NCBI GenBank assembly: GCA_038214755.1
Contig: JBBQRQ010000033.1
Coordinates: 1 to 46,515, forward strand
DNA: 46,515 nt
Direction of reading: 5' to 3'
DNA from: Verrucomicrobiota bacterium
GTDB taxonomy: Bacteria; Verrucomicrobiota; Verrucomicrobiia; Limisphaerales; CANJXF01
Shown: in pieces, positions 10,113-20,076 of the stretch
How positions within the stretch are numbered: position 1 is the first letter of the stretch
Layout: every line of letters begins with the position of its first letter
Notes under the pieces: model-generated
Database searches by the model: none
What the model was told of the DNA's origin: nothing
What the model saw: the letters and a program-made list of their open reading frames with translations, nothing else
Made by a program: the position numbers and the translations under genes

Positions 10113-12279
10113 ATGCCGTCCGCCCATTGTGCGTTTCAGTTGGCCGCCTCCGTCTTGCTCGGAGGTCCTTCCAAGGGCGGATTGCCCAAACCAATTAGGA
10201 GCGCGGACGTTCTCGTCCGCGCGTTTGGAAACGGATAAAGCCCCAGCGATTTCGCTCCTCCCGATTCACGCGGACGAGAACGTCCGCGCTCCTTTTCATT
10301 TGGGCGACACGTCCTCAAGAGGCGCCCGGCTCGGTCTCTTCGGATTGCTTTTGCTAACAGCGACGATGCACGGAGCCACCTTTACGGATTGGGAACATCG
10401 CCAGCAAATCAACATTCCGGCGAGCGGTTTGATAAAAATTCCTTTGCCACCGGACACATTGGATTCCGCCCAGCCAAATCTGGCGGATTTGCGCGTGGCC
10501 GATTCCGCCGGAAACGAGGTGCCCTATTTTATCGAGCGCGCCGAACCTTCGCCGGAGTTATTTCATCGGCCAAAAATTTTTGAAACTTCACTGAATTCTC
10601 GAACGACCATTCTCGCGATTGAGATTGGCGTCAAACAACCGCTGATCGGCCTGACGCTTGCGACGCCGGAATTCTCTTTCATCAAGTCCGTGCGGCTCGA
10701 AGGCTCGAACAACAAAACGAAATGGGAAAAGATTTTGGATGGCCAGCCGATCTTTCGCCAGCCGAACGGCGCAAACCAATTGTATCTCGCGTTTGCTCCC
10801 GCTTCCTGGAATTACCTTCGCGCCACGATTGACGATGCGCGTTCGCAACCGATTCCATTCACCGGCGCGATGCTGCGCGTCGAGGGCGAAAAGTCTCCGA
10901 CAGAATCTTTTCCCGTTGCGATTCGAGAGCGAGATGAATTTCCCGGCCAAACCCGGCTCACCCTCAATTTCGGCGCAGCCCATCTGCCCTTGACCGATTT
11001 GATTGTGGAAACGACCGAGCCGTTGTTCACGCGGCAAGTGACATTGGCCACGCAAGAGGTGGAAGAAAATGTCATCCACGAGAAAGCTCTGGCGCGCGGA
11101 ACTATTTTTCGCGTCGCTCTTGAAAATGAGGCGACCGTTTCGCAACTCCGTCTCTCCATTAACTCGGCCTCACCCCGCCGCGAATTGCTGCTGTTGATTC
11201 AAAACGATGATAACCCTCCTATCTCCATCACCGCGATTCGTGCCGAACGCCGTCCGATTTATCTTCTCTTTCGCGCCGCGCAGCCGGGCGATTTTGTTCT
11301 CTTTTCTGGCAACGAAAAAGTTCCCGCGCCGCGCTATGATTTGGCCGCGCTGGGCAGAAATTTGAAAAGCGTGCCGGTGAACTCGTTGCGATTCTCCAGC
11401 ATCGCCGCCAATCCAAATTATGTTCCTGCGGAAACGCTTCCTGAAATTGCCACGCTCGGCGCGCCGCTGGATATTTCTTCCTGGCGATTTCGCAAGCCGG
11501 TGATTTTGAGTCGAGCCGGCGTGCAACAACTCGAATTGGATTTGGATATTCTCGCTCACGCCCAACCGCACATTGCCGATCTGCGCTTGATGAAAGACAA
11601 GCGTCAGGTGCCTTTCATTCTCGAACGAACCAGTTTGAGCCGCGCGCTTGCTTTGAACGTCTCGCCCGCAAACGATTCTAAAAAACCGCGCCTTAGCCGA
11701 TGGACTTTGCATTTGTCGCCGACCAATTTGCCGATCACGAAAATTACCTGCCAAACAAAAACCGCTTTGTTCAAACGGCGCGTTGTCCTCCACGAGCTAA
11801 GAAAAAATGAAATGGGCGAGACGATCACCAATATTTTGGGCGAAGCCGAATGGATAAAAACTCCCGGCGCATCCTCCCGGGAATTTGCTCTGCCCATTTC
11901 CAAGCCACCTTTGTCAGATACTTTGTTTTTGGAAATCGACAATGAAGACAATGCGCCAATTGATCTGGAAAATTTCCAGGCGTTTTATCCTGTGAGCAGG
12001 ATTTGGTTCAAGACTGCTGGGGACAGTTCTCTCGAACTTTTTTATGGAAATCAAAACGTCGGCTTTCCCAATTACGATTTGAGTCTCGTCGCCAGCCAAC
12101 TTCTTGCGGCTGACAAAAATCTCGCCAAAACCGACGGCGAAGAATTCGTCAAGACACCTTCGGAGTCGGGCGCCGTGTTGAAAAACAAACCGGGAATAAT
12201 TTTCTGGATTGTTCTGGGACTGGTCGTCGTCGGATTGCTCGCCGTCATTTCGCGACTGCTGCCAAAAACAGCGTCGTAA
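10093..12279 (+). CDS. DUF3999-like exported protein with a C-terminal TM anchor and a repeat insertion in its N-terminus
   Basis: duplicated ADLR..VP(Y/F) and YGN..P.YDL motifs; overlaps the DUF2339 gene 3' end, a typical pairing. Confidence 0.75.
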   Translation: MKRPSRKCRPPIVRFSWPPPSCSEVLPRADCPNQLGARTFSSARLETDKAPAISLLPIHADENVRAPFHLGDTSSRGARLGLFGLLLLTATMHGATFTDWEHRQQINIPASGLIKIPLPPDTLDSAQPNLADLRVADSAGNEVPYFIERAEPSPELFHRPKIFETSLNSRTTILAIEIGVKQPLIGLTLATPEFSFIKSVRLEGSNNKTKWEKILDGQPIFRQPNGANQLYLAFAPASWNYLRATIDDARSQPIPFTGAMLRVEGEKSPTESFPVAIRERDEFPGQTRLTLNFGAAHLPLTDLIVETTEPLFTRQVTLATQEVEENVIHEKALARGTIFRVALENEATVSQLRLSINSASPRRELLLLIQNDDNPPISITAIRAERRPIYLLFRAAQPGDFVLFSGNEKVPAPRYDLAALGRNLKSVPVNSLRFSSIAANPNYVPAETLPEIATLGAPLDISSWRFRKPVILSRAGVQQLELDLDILAHAQPHIADLRLMKDKRQVPFILERTSLSRALALNVSPANDSKKPRLSRWTLHLSPTNLPITKITCQTKTALFKRRVVLHELRKNEMGETITNILGEAEWIKTPGASSREFALPISKPPLSDTLFLEIDNEDNAPIDLENFQAFYPVSRIWFKTAGDSSLELFYGNQNVGFPNYDLSLVASQLLAADKNLAKTDGEEFVKTPSESGAVLKNKPGIIFWIVLGLVVVGLLAVISRLLPKTAS
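10174..10315. mobile_element. MITE-like element (GGGCGTGTTGCCCAAA-type ends, GGAGCGCGGAC doublet core) in frame in a CDS
   Basis: ends AGGGCGGATTGCCCAAA / TTTGGGCGACACGTCCT; internal inverted pair 10198-10292; element plus putative duplication is 144 nt. Confidence 0.7.
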
Positions 12280-12338
12280 TAATTTTGGCTTGTGCAAAAT
12301 CCGGGAGAGAAAATTGCGAGTGGGGGCGCGTTGAATTC

Positions 12339-12473
12339 GTAGCGCAGCTTTGCAAGCTGCCGTATCGCAGGTTTAAAACCTGCGGTGGCTCAAAACGATT
12401 GGAGCGCGTCAGGTTTTTCGAGCATCCTGCCGGTTGCAAACCGGCGATACGGCAGGATGCAATCCTGCGCTAC
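12339..12473. repeat. GTAG-type REP doublet (REPIN-like)
   Basis: GTAGCGCAG...CTGCGCTAC ends with four internal hairpins (GCAGCTT/AAGCTGC, CGCAGGTT/AACCTGCG, GCCGGTT/AACCGGC, GCAGGAT/ATCCTGC). Confidence 0.85.
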
Positions 12474-12565
12474 ACAGGGAATTCGGCTTGAATAAACTCC
12501 CGCAGCGTTGACGCATCATGGCGAATCTGTGACCCTCGCCGCCTTTAATAACCAAACTCTTCATC

Positions 12566-13405
12566 GTGGAAATCAGGAAAGCAGTTATCACGGCGGCGGG
12601 AAAAAATCAGCGCACCCTCCCGTTGCAAACGCTGGTCGATCGTGACGGCATTCAAAAAACCGCGCTCTGCATCATTATCGAAGAAATCTTGCGGGCGGGC
12701 GTCGAGGAAATTGGCGTCGTCGTTTCTCCCGGCGATCAAAATGCGTATCGAATCGCAGCGGGCAATTATGCGAGCCGCTTGCAATTTTTTGAACAATCCG
12801 CGCCGCTCGGTTACGGCCACGCCATTCAGTGCGCACAGGATTTTACAGGGGACGAATCGTTTCTCCTGCTCGTGGGCGATCACCTTTATCTTTCGCACAA
12901 CGAAGAAAACTGCGCGGAACAACTCGTGGAAATCGCAAAAAACGAAGCGTGTTCAGTCTCCGCCGTGCAAGCCACGCACGAAAGCAATCTGCCCTACTAC
13001 GGCGCGGTTGGCGGACGTTTGGTTCCCGGAAGACAACGCCTTTACGAGGTGGATCTCGTCATCGAAAAGCCGACGCCCACGGAAGCGGAACAAAAATTGA
13101 TCGTGCCCGGTTTGCGCGCTGGAAATTATTTATGTTTTTTTGGGATGCATGTTCTCACGCCGACAGTGATGCAAATTTTGGCGGAGTTGGTTTCTGATCC
13201 CCTCAGCGCCGGAGCGCAGTTGACCTCCGCGTTGACCTGTCTGGCGGAAAAGGAGCGTTATCTCGCGGCGGAATTGCAAGGCCGCCGCTACGACATCGGT
13301 GTGAAATACGGTTTGCTTTTCGCGCAGCTCGCCCTGTCGCTCGCTGGAAAAGATCGCGATGAAGTTTTGTCGCAACTGGTTCGATTGCTTGCGATGAAAC
13401 CCTGA
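12566..13405 (+). CDS. GalU-like sugar-phosphate nucleotidyltransferase
   Basis: [36 protein letters not shown] motifs; GTG start. Confidence 0.85.
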   Translation: MEIRKAVITAAGKNQRTLPLQTLVDRDGIQKTALCIIIEEILRAGVEEIGVVVSPGDQNAYRIAAGNYASRLQFFEQSAPLGYGHAIQCAQDFTGDESFLLLVGDHLYLSHNEENCAEQLVEIAKNEACSVSAVQATHESNLPYYGAVGGRLVPGRQRLYEVDLVIEKPTPTEAEQKLIVPGLRAGNYLCFFGMHVLTPTVMQILAELVSDPLSAGAQLTSALTCLAEKERYLAAELQGRRYDIGVKYGLLFAQLALSLAGKDRDEVLSQLVRLLAMKP

Positions 13406-13408
13406 GTC

Positions 13409-16400
13409 ATGCCGGGAAAATTAATTCAAATTATCACCGCTTCGGACGCAGCCGTTCGCGATCAATCCCTCGACTCTTTTTGCCAGCAGGCCACATTGGA
13501 AAATTTATTGGCGGAAGGCGCCGAACTGGAAGCGTTTCGTCACCGAAGTGAAAATCTTTATGAACGGGTTCGCGCCTTGTTTTTCCTCTACGCGATTCAT
13601 CGGTTTCATTTGCCGCAAAAATTAGATGACGCGATTTCCACCAAGCGTCCGGTAGCATCTGCCTCTGGCGGGTGCGAAATTACTTCCTCTCTTCCCTCTG
13701 AAAAAGTCGAATGCAACGACGAGTCTTTTCGCACCCGCCAGAGGCAGATGCTACCCGACGAAGGTTCGAACGCGCTGATTCCTTTTCGCGGTTACGAACA
13801 GCTTCTTCAACGCCGATTCGAGGAGGCCATTGAAATTTTTCTTCATTCACAAAACTCAAAAGGAGCAAGCGACACGATTTCCAGCGCGCTCGCCTCGGCG
13901 TATTATCGGCTCGGAATTCAAACGCTCGCCGACCAGGTCCGTCGCAGCGTCCGCTCCGTGCGAGGCAATCAATGGATGTTTCGCATGGGTCATCCCGCGG
14001 ATCAGCCGTTGCGAATTCGCCCGGAATTATTGCAACGCGCCGACGACGGGAGTTATCCGATTTTGCGCGAGCTGACGCCGGTGCGAATGGATTTAACTCA
14101 CAGCGCCTGGAGCGACATTTTTTTTCTTGGAATGGATTTTCCCGAAGGTGCGAAAGTTTTGAACATCTCGATCAACCTCGGCGTGAAAGGCCGCGACGCC
14201 GCACCAAAACCACCGGTCGAAGCGTATCTCCGCGTCATCGAAGAACCCGTGTTGCGTCTGACGAGCGTCGATCTTGGCGCGACCGTTGACATCACAAATC
14301 TCAACGAAGTTTTTGATTTCGCGAAAGATTATCTCGGTCTGCTCAAAGCTGCGGTGATCGCGGCGGGAATTGTTCCGCCCGGCATCGAAGGGTCGGGACA
14401 AAATCTTTCTGATTTGCTCGCACGAATTGTTGGAACGGGTCATGGACTCGAATTGGTGAGCAATGTGAATAGTATCCCCAAAGGATCGCGTCTTGCCGTT
14501 TCAACCAATCTTCTCGCCGCGCTGATTTCCGTTTGCATGCGCGCAACCCGCCAGGCGCAATCGCTCGAAGGCACACTCGAAGAAAACGAACGCCGTCTGG
14601 TTTTGGCCCGCGCCATTCTGGGCGAATGGCTCGGAGGTTCCGGCGGCGGCTGGCAGGATTCTGGCGGCGTGTGGCCCGGAATAAAATTGATCGAGGGCGT
14701 TTTGTCGGAGGAAGGCGATCCTGAATTTGGCGTGAGCCGGGGACGCCTCATGCCGCAACACAAAATTCTCGACTCAAATTTTGTGTCATCGGAGATGCGC
14801 GAAAAATTACAGCAGAGCCTCGTGCTGGTTCATGGCGGCATGGCGCAAAATGTCGGACCGATTCTGGAGATGGTGACGGAAAAATATCTCCTCCGCTCCG
14901 AAGCCGAATGGAAAGGACGACAACAGACGCTTGGAATTCTCGAAGAAATTTTGTCTGCGCTTCGCGAAAAAAATGTTCAAGCGCTCGGCCAGGCAACGAC
15001 CCGGAATTTTGAAGGTCCATTGCAAACGATCATTCCATGGGCGAGCAATTTTTACACAGAGACTTTGATCCAGCGTGTCCACTCTGAATTCGCTGAAAAT
15101 TTCTGGGGCTTTTGGATGCTCGGCGGGATGTCCGGCGGCGGAATGGGTTTCATGTTTTCGCCGGACAAAAAGGCGCGGGCGCAAATCCGCCTGCAGGAGA
15201 TCATGTCCGAGACAAAACGCGAATTGGAAAACGCGTTGCCGTTCGCAATGGAGCCGGTGGTTTATGACTTCGCCATCAATGAGAATGGCACCTTCGCCGA
15301 TTTGCTTGCTGGAGAAAAAGCGCTTTTGCCCGCGGGATATTACGCACTGACCATTCCGCAATTGCTGCGACTCGACCCACGCACTTTGCCCGCACTGCGT
15401 CGCGCCGAGTTGGATCGATTCAGCGCCGCGTCGCGCCGCAAACCTGAATTGGGCGGGATGATGCAAATTTTGTTCGACCGGCTTTTACCCAAGTTGAAAC
15501 AAGAGGACGCCAGCCAGCAAAGTCTCGCGGCGTTGCTCGACCAAAACGGTTTCGATCGCGAGCAACATGAAAAAATTCGCGCGGACTTGAAAGATGGACG
15601 GATCGGATTGGCGCAAAATCGTTTGCCGTCCAACGTGAAAATTGAGGACGTACCCGAGGACGTGATCGATGTTAGTGGAGCAGACTTCCAGTCTGCTGTT
15701 GGGGCTTCCAGCCCCAGTAGCTACGCGGGCAAGATGCCCGCAGAAGCAGACAGGATGTCCGCTCCACTAGTGTCTGCCTCAGTGGTGTCTGCTACACTGC
15801 CAAGAGCCAAGCCTGTCGCGTTACCTTTTATTCCATTCGAGAAAGGACGTCCGGCAACGATTCAAAGACGTCGTTTGCCTCATTGGCAACAGGAAGGCGC
15901 GACTTACTTCGTCACCTATCGATTGGCGGACGCTCTACCGATGCGGGTTTTGCGACAATGGCAACAGGAACGCGACCATTGGTTGCGACAAAATCCGAAG
16001 CCGTGGCCGCCGGAAAAAGAAGAAGAATTCAACGAATTATTTCGTAACAAACTGGAAGAACAGTTGGATCGCAATTACGGCTCCTGCGTCTTGAGTGAAT
16101 CAAACATCGCGGAGATTGTGGAAACCTCTCTCCGGTTTTTTGATGGTTCGCGTTATCAACTGGGAAGTTTTGTGGTCATGCCCAACCATGTGCATGTGTT
16201 GGTTCGTCCCGTGATGAACCATTCCCTTTCAGAAATTCTCCATTCGTGGAAATCGTTTACTGCGAACAAAGCAAACGAAGTGCTTAAACGCAGAGGAACT
16301 TTTTGGCAGGATGAATCGTTCGATCACATCGTCCGGGATGAAACTCAATTGCAGCGCTTTGAGCGATACATTGTGGAGAATCCCGCGAAAGCTCGTCTGC

Positions 16401-17728
16401 ACGCGAAGGCGCATCGGCTGGGATATGGATCAGGTCATTCCGCTGGAGAAAACCAAAGCAGTCCGACAGCGCAAAGTAGTGGAGCAGGCTTCCAGCCTGC
16501 TTCTGGGGCTTCCAGCCCCAGTCTCGCGGGCAAGATGCCCGCCGCGGCAGACAGGTTGTCTGCCCCACTACAATTAGGTCTCGCTGCCCTCGCCGCAGGA
16601 AAAATTGCTGTTGTCACACTCGCGGCTGGCTCTGGGACGCGGTGGACGCAGGGCGCGGGAGTCGTAAAAGCGTTGCATCCATTTTGCAAACTGGCGGGAC
16701 AGCATCGCACTTTCATCGAAACGCATCTTGCGAAAAGCCGTCAGACTTCAAAAAAATACGGCGTCGCTTTGCCACACATTGTCACCACGAGTTATCTGAC
16801 GCATTCCGCCATCGAAACATTTTTGCTGCGCGAAAATAATTATGGTTACGACGGCCCGTTGCTGCTTTCCGAAGGACGCGCCATTGGTTTGCGTTTGGTT
16901 CCGATGGAACGGGATCTTCGTTTTGCCTGGGAAGAAATGCCGCAACAACTTCTCGACGAACAGGCGCAAAAGGTGCGCGAAAGTTTGCACGCCGCTCTCA
17001 TCGGTTGGGCCAAACAGGCGGGTGAAGGGAGCGATTACGCAGACAATTTGCCGAGCCAATGTTTGCATCCGGTCGGACATTGGTACGAAGTGGCGAATCT
17101 GTTTCGCAATGGAACTTTGCAACGGTTGCTTGAGGAAAATCCGCGACTGAATTATTTATTGCTGCACAACATTGACACGCTCGGCGCGAATGTTGATCCC
17201 GCGTTGCTGGGACTTCATATCAGTGAAGGCGCGTGTCTCTCCTTTGAAGTTATCACCCGTCGAATCGAAGATCGGGGCGGCGGTTTGGCTCGGGTTAACG
17301 GTGCCGTTCGTTTGGTCGAAGGCTTGGCCATGCCGAGTGAAGAAGCGGAATTCGATCTCTCGTTTTACAATTCGATGACGACTTGGATCAACCTGGACAA
17401 GCTGCTCGAGGTTTTCAAATTAAGTCGTGAAGAAATTTCCGACGAAGAAAAAGTCTCAGTCGCCATTCGTAATCTCGCGGCGAGAATGCCTACTTATATC
17501 ACGTTGAAAGATGTGAAAAAGCGGTGGGGCCATGGACAAGAAGACACTTTTCCCGTAGCGCAATTTGAAAAACTGTGGGGCGACATGACCGCCTTGCCGG
17601 AAGTCGATTGCAAATTTTTCGTCGTTCCGCGAATGCGCGGCCAGCAGTTGAAAGATCAGGCGCAACTCGACGGCTGGTTGCGCGACGGCTCGGCGGCGTA
17701 TGTTGAGTCGTTGTGCGATTGGGATTAG
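13409..17728 (+). CDS. GHMP sugar kinase / UDPGP-family pyrophosphorylase fusion with an in-frame RAYT transposase domain
   Basis: kinase motifs [28 protein letters not shown]; pyrophosphorylase motifs [34 protein letters not shown]; transposase motifs lie between the two domains. Confidence 0.9.
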   Translation: MPGKLIQIITASDAAVRDQSLDSFCQQATLENLLAEGAELEAFRHRSENLYERVRALFFLYAIHRFHLPQKLDDAISTKRPVASASGGCEITSSLPSEKVECNDESFRTRQRQMLPDEGSNALIPFRGYEQLLQRRFEEAIEIFLHSQNSKGASDTISSALASAYYRLGIQTLADQVRRSVRSVRGNQWMFRMGHPADQPLRIRPELLQRADDGSYPILRELTPVRMDLTHSAWSDIFFLGMDFPEGAKVLNISINLGVKGRDAAPKPPVEAYLRVIEEPVLRLTSVDLGATVDITNLNEVFDFAKDYLGLLKAAVIAAGIVPPGIEGSGQNLSDLLARIVGTGHGLELVSNVNSIPKGSRLAVSTNLLAALISVCMRATRQAQSLEGTLEENERRLVLARAILGEWLGGSGGGWQDSGGVWPGIKLIEGVLSEEGDPEFGVSRGRLMPQHKILDSNFVSSEMREKLQQSLVLVHGGMAQNVGPILEMVTEKYLLRSEAEWKGRQQTLGILEEILSALREKNVQALGQATTRNFEGPLQTIIPWASNFYTETLIQRVHSEFAENFWGFWMLGGMSGGGMGFMFSPDKKARAQIRLQEIMSETKRELENALPFAMEPVVYDFAINENGTFADLLAGEKALLPAGYYALTIPQLLRLDPRTLPALRRAELDRFSAASRRKPELGGMMQILFDRLLPKLKQEDASQQSLAALLDQNGFDREQHEKIRADLKDGRIGLAQNRLPSNVKIEDVPEDVIDVSGADFQSAVGASSPSSYAGKMPAEADRMSAPLVSASVVSATLPRAKPVALPFIPFEKGRPATIQRRRLPHWQQEGATYFVTYRLADALPMRVLRQWQQERDHWLRQNPKPWPPEKEEEFNELFRNKLEEQLDRNYGSCVLSESNIAEIVETSLRFFDGSRYQLGSFVVMPNHVHVLVRPVMNHSLSEILHSWKSFTANKANEVLKRRGTFWQDESFDHIVRDETQLQRFERYIVENPAKARLHAKAHRLGYGSGHSAGENQSSPTAQSSGAGFQPASGASSPSLAGKMPAAADRLSAPLQLGLAALAAGKIAVVTLAAGSGTRWTQGAGVVKALHPFCKLAGQHRTFIETHLAKSRQTSKKYGVALPHIVTTSYLTHSAIETFLLRENNYGYDGPLLLSEGRAIGLRLVPMERDLRFAWEEMPQQLLDEQAQKVRESLHAALIGWAKQAGEGSDYADNLPSQCLHPVGHWYEVANLFRNGTLQRLLEENPRLNYLLLHNIDTLGANVDPALLGLHISEGACLSFEVITRRIEDRGGGLARVNGAVRLVEGLAMPSEEAEFDLSFYNSMTTWINLDKLLEVFKLSREEISDEEKVSVAIRNLAARMPTYITLKDVKKRWGHGQEDTFPVAQFEKLWGDMTALPEVDCKFFVVPRMRGQQLKDQAQLDGWLRDGSAAYVESLCDWD
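13651..13755. repeat. GTAG-type REP doublet in frame inside the kinase gene
   Basis: 29-bp perfect inverted arms GGTAGCATCTGCCTCTGGCGGGTGCGAAA; 105 bp; same arms intergenic at 43024-43103. Confidence 0.92.
15673..15769 (+). repeat. left REP cassette of the RAYT insertion
   Basis: TAGTGGAGC...GCTCCACTA ends; hairpins GCAGAC-TTCCA-GTCTGC, TGGGGC-TTCCA-GCCCCA, GCGGGCA-AGA-TGCCCGC. Confidence 0.9.
16476..16571 (+). repeat. right REP cassette of the RAYT insertion
   Basis: GTAGTGGAGCAG...CTGCCCCACTAC; diverged direct repeat of the left cassette. Confidence 0.9.
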
Positions 17729-17787
17729 ATAGTCCCGTTCGTTTGTTCTTCCTCTCCCGCCGGAACAAGCGGGACGCAGTCCAACTT

Positions 17788-18564
17788 CTAAAACCAAGTG
17801 AACTTCGCCGGCACATAAACAATGTCGGCGGGCTTTAACTGAAATGAATCATGCTTCTTGCCCTGCATGACTTCTTTTAAATTGAGCCGATAGTTTTTGA
17901 TTTTCCCGTTTTCTTCGCGAATCACCCGCACCGTCTTCAAGTTCGCAGAGGTGTAATTGAATCCTCCCGCTTGCATAATGGATTGAAGGACGGAAATGGG
18001 CCGGTCGGTCATAATTTTTCCTGGACCCATCACCGCCCCGGTGACGAAAACCGGGAAGGCGGAAGACTCAACCGAGACGATCACTTCTTTTGATACTAAC
18101 TGCGGTCCGCAAAGCCTGATAATTTCTTTCTCCAATTCGGCTGGAGTCATTCCAACGGGACTCATCTCGCCAATGGGCTGGAGCGTTATTCTGCCATCGC
18201 GCCGGATCGTCTGCACGGTGTTGTAACTTGGGGCGCCCAGGAAACTAATCCTCACTACATCGCCTTCGTGGAGAGTAAGCGCTTTGGAAATATTCGTGCT
18301 CGCATCCGAGATATTCGTGTTCGCCGCGGAGATATTCGTGCTTTCGGTAGAACCTTGCTTGCTAATCGATTCGCGAATTTCAGCCAAGTTCTGGGTGGAG
18401 TCGGAAGACTTACATCCGGAGGCGAGAAGGGAAAAAAGCGCAATGGTAATTACCAGGCCGGGGAGGGCGAATAATTTTTGAGCAACAAGAATTTTTTTTC
18501 CGGCGTGGATATCAACGGCGAGATACTGGCCGTTTTCACGCGTGAGCTTATTGATGGAATTCAT
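17788..18564 (-). CDS. polysaccharide biosynthesis/export family lipoprotein (Wza-like, Poly_export plus SLBB)
   Basis: lipobox LASGC; GDVVRISF, IRRDGRITL, VFVTGAV..PG, LKPADIVYVP; start uncertain. Confidence 0.85.
   Translation of the reverse strand: MNSINKLTRENGQYLAVDIHAGKKILVAQKLFALPGLVITIALFSLLASGCKSSDSTQNLAEIRESISKQGSTESTNISAANTNISDASTNISKALTLHEGDVVRISFLGAPSYNTVQTIRRDGRITLQPIGEMSPVGMTPAELEKEIIRLCGPQLVSKEVIVSVESSAFPVFVTGAVMGPGKIMTDRPISVLQSIMQAGGFNYTSANLKTVRVIREENGKIKNYRLNLKEVMQGKKHDSFQLKPADIVYVPAKFTWF
18287..18342 (-). repeat. 21-bp coding tandem repeat (about 2.7 copies)
   Basis: GA(A/G)ATATTCGTG units at 18287, 18308 and 18329, encoding STNISAA-NTNISDA-STNISKA. Confidence 0.8.
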
Positions 18565-18854
18565 ATAAATAAAATTGTCCCAAATGAAACCACTGGACCG
18601 ACTTGGTGTAAAGGACGATTGGGCGAAGGTTCGTTTGGCCGATGAGATACGCCGCATTAAACTCCCTTGGCCCAAAGATCATTTATCCTACGGTCTATGT
18701 CTCTCAGATTACCGCAGGGGCCGTGAGCGCCATTCTCCCTGCGGAGCGCGGTGAAGGTGGCGGGCGTTCTGCAAGGCGGGGCGTTTTCCGGATTCAGGTC
18801 AGGTGAGCTTTGGAAATTCGTTTTGGGATAAGAACATAACTTTTCAGTCTGCAA

Positions 18855-20003
18855 TCAATACTTCGCCACGCCGTGATCGATCTCATCCGACCACGCGTTA
18901 ATTCCGCCCTTGACGCTTTTGACGTATTTGAATCCGCGCTCGCGCAGAAATTGCAGCGCCTTCATCGAACGCATGCCGCTTTTGCAATGAAGATAAATTT
19001 GTTGGTTCGGATCGAGTTCGGTGAATCGTTGCGGCAATGAGGCGAGTGGAATTTGCGGCACGCCGTCAATGTGCGCGATTTGATATTCGTCGGGGTCGCG
19101 CACGTCGATGACTTTGATATTCAACTTTGGATTGTCGATAGCGCGCTTCATTTCGTGCACATCGACTTCGTCGGGATTGGCGGCGGGATTTGCCGGCTCG
19201 GGCAAAATCCCGCAGAACATTTCGTAATCAATCAGCTTGGTGATGCTCGGATTTTCTCCGCACAAGGGACATTGCGGGTCGCGACGCAATTTCAATTCGC
19301 GAAACTTCATGTCCAACGCGTTGAACAAAAGTAAACGCCCGACGAGAGAACTGCCTTTGCCCAGCGCGAGCTTCAAAATTTCCGTCGCCTGAATGCAGCC
19401 GACAATTCCCGGCAACACGCCGAGCACGCCGCCTTCCGCGCAACTGGGAACCATTCCGGGCGGCGGCGGCTCGGGATAAAGACAGCGGTAACACGGCCCG
19501 CCAAGATGCGGCGCGAACACGCTGGCCTGTCCTTCAAAACGAAAAATCGAGCCATAGACATTTGGCTTCTTCAACAGCACGCAAGCGTCGTTCGTCAGGT
19601 AGCGCGTGGGAAAATTGTCGGTGCCATCGACGACGATGTCGTATTGCGAAATAATTTCCATCGCGTTCTCGGCAGAGATGCGCGTGTTGTGAATGACTAC
19701 TTCAACGTTCGGATTGATGCGCTTGATCGTGTCGCGCGCCGAATCGGTTTTCGGTCGGCCCACGTCATCGGTGCCGTGAATGATTTGCCGTTGCAGGTTT
19801 GAAAAATCAACGGTGTCGAAATCGAGCAAACCTATTTTGCCGATGCCCGCCGCCGCCAGATACATCGCAATGGGCGAACCAAGTCCACCCGCGCCGATGC
19901 AGAGCACGCTGGTGGAGCAGATTTTTTTCTGACCGGCCAGACCGACCTCGGGCAAGATCAAGTGTCGCGAGTAGCGGCGGATTTCGTCATTGTTCAATTG
20001 CAT
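18855..20003 (-). CDS. moeB: MoeB/ThiF adenylyltransferase with C-terminal rhodanese domain (MoeZ type)
   Basis: RYSRH, GAGGLGS, SNLQRQ, DGTDNF, PCYRC, CPLC; rhodanese IDVRDPDEY..HCKSGMRS. Confidence 0.95.
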   Translation of the reverse strand: MQLNNDEIRRYSRHLILPEVGLAGQKKICSTSVLCIGAGGLGSPIAMYLAAAGIGKIGLLDFDTVDFSNLQRQIIHGTDDVGRPKTDSARDTIKRINPNVEVVIHNTRISAENAMEIISQYDIVVDGTDNFPTRYLTNDACVLLKKPNVYGSIFRFEGQASVFAPHLGGPCYRCLYPEPPPPGMVPSCAEGGVLGVLPGIVGCIQATEILKLALGKGSSLVGRLLLFNALDMKFRELKLRRDPQCPLCGENPSITKLIDYEMFCGILPEPANPAANPDEVDVHEMKRAIDNPKLNIKVIDVRDPDEYQIAHIDGVPQIPLASLPQRFTELDPNQQIYLHCKSGMRSMKALQFLRERGFKYVKSVKGGINAWSDEIDHGVAKY

Positions 20004-20076
20004 AAATTGAGGAGTCGAAAGTAGGGCAGTGGCGAAATAAATCAAGACGCGTGGTTCAGTTGCTTCTGTAAACCAT

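Larger units (their letters stand above)
15673..16571 (+). mobile_element. RAYT (REP-associated tyrosine transposase, Y1/HUH) domain with flanking REP cassettes, inserted in frame
   Basis: [24 protein letters not shown] (HUH, 16178-16195), [25 protein letters not shown] (Tyr codon 16367); repeats at 15673-15769 and 16476-16571. Confidence 0.92.

Noticed and set aside
15673..16571. Insert as an intein or self-splicing intron
   Set aside because: No Hint-domain blocks or terminal His-Asn followed by Cys/Ser/Thr; motifs are HUH/Y1; no intron core recognised
18565..18675. Longest start of the Wza-like ORF, and similar extensions at 2671, 20045, 20752, 32403, 34298 and 34816
   Set aside because: Extensions overlap neighbours or repeats or lack family similarity; downstream ATGs fit better
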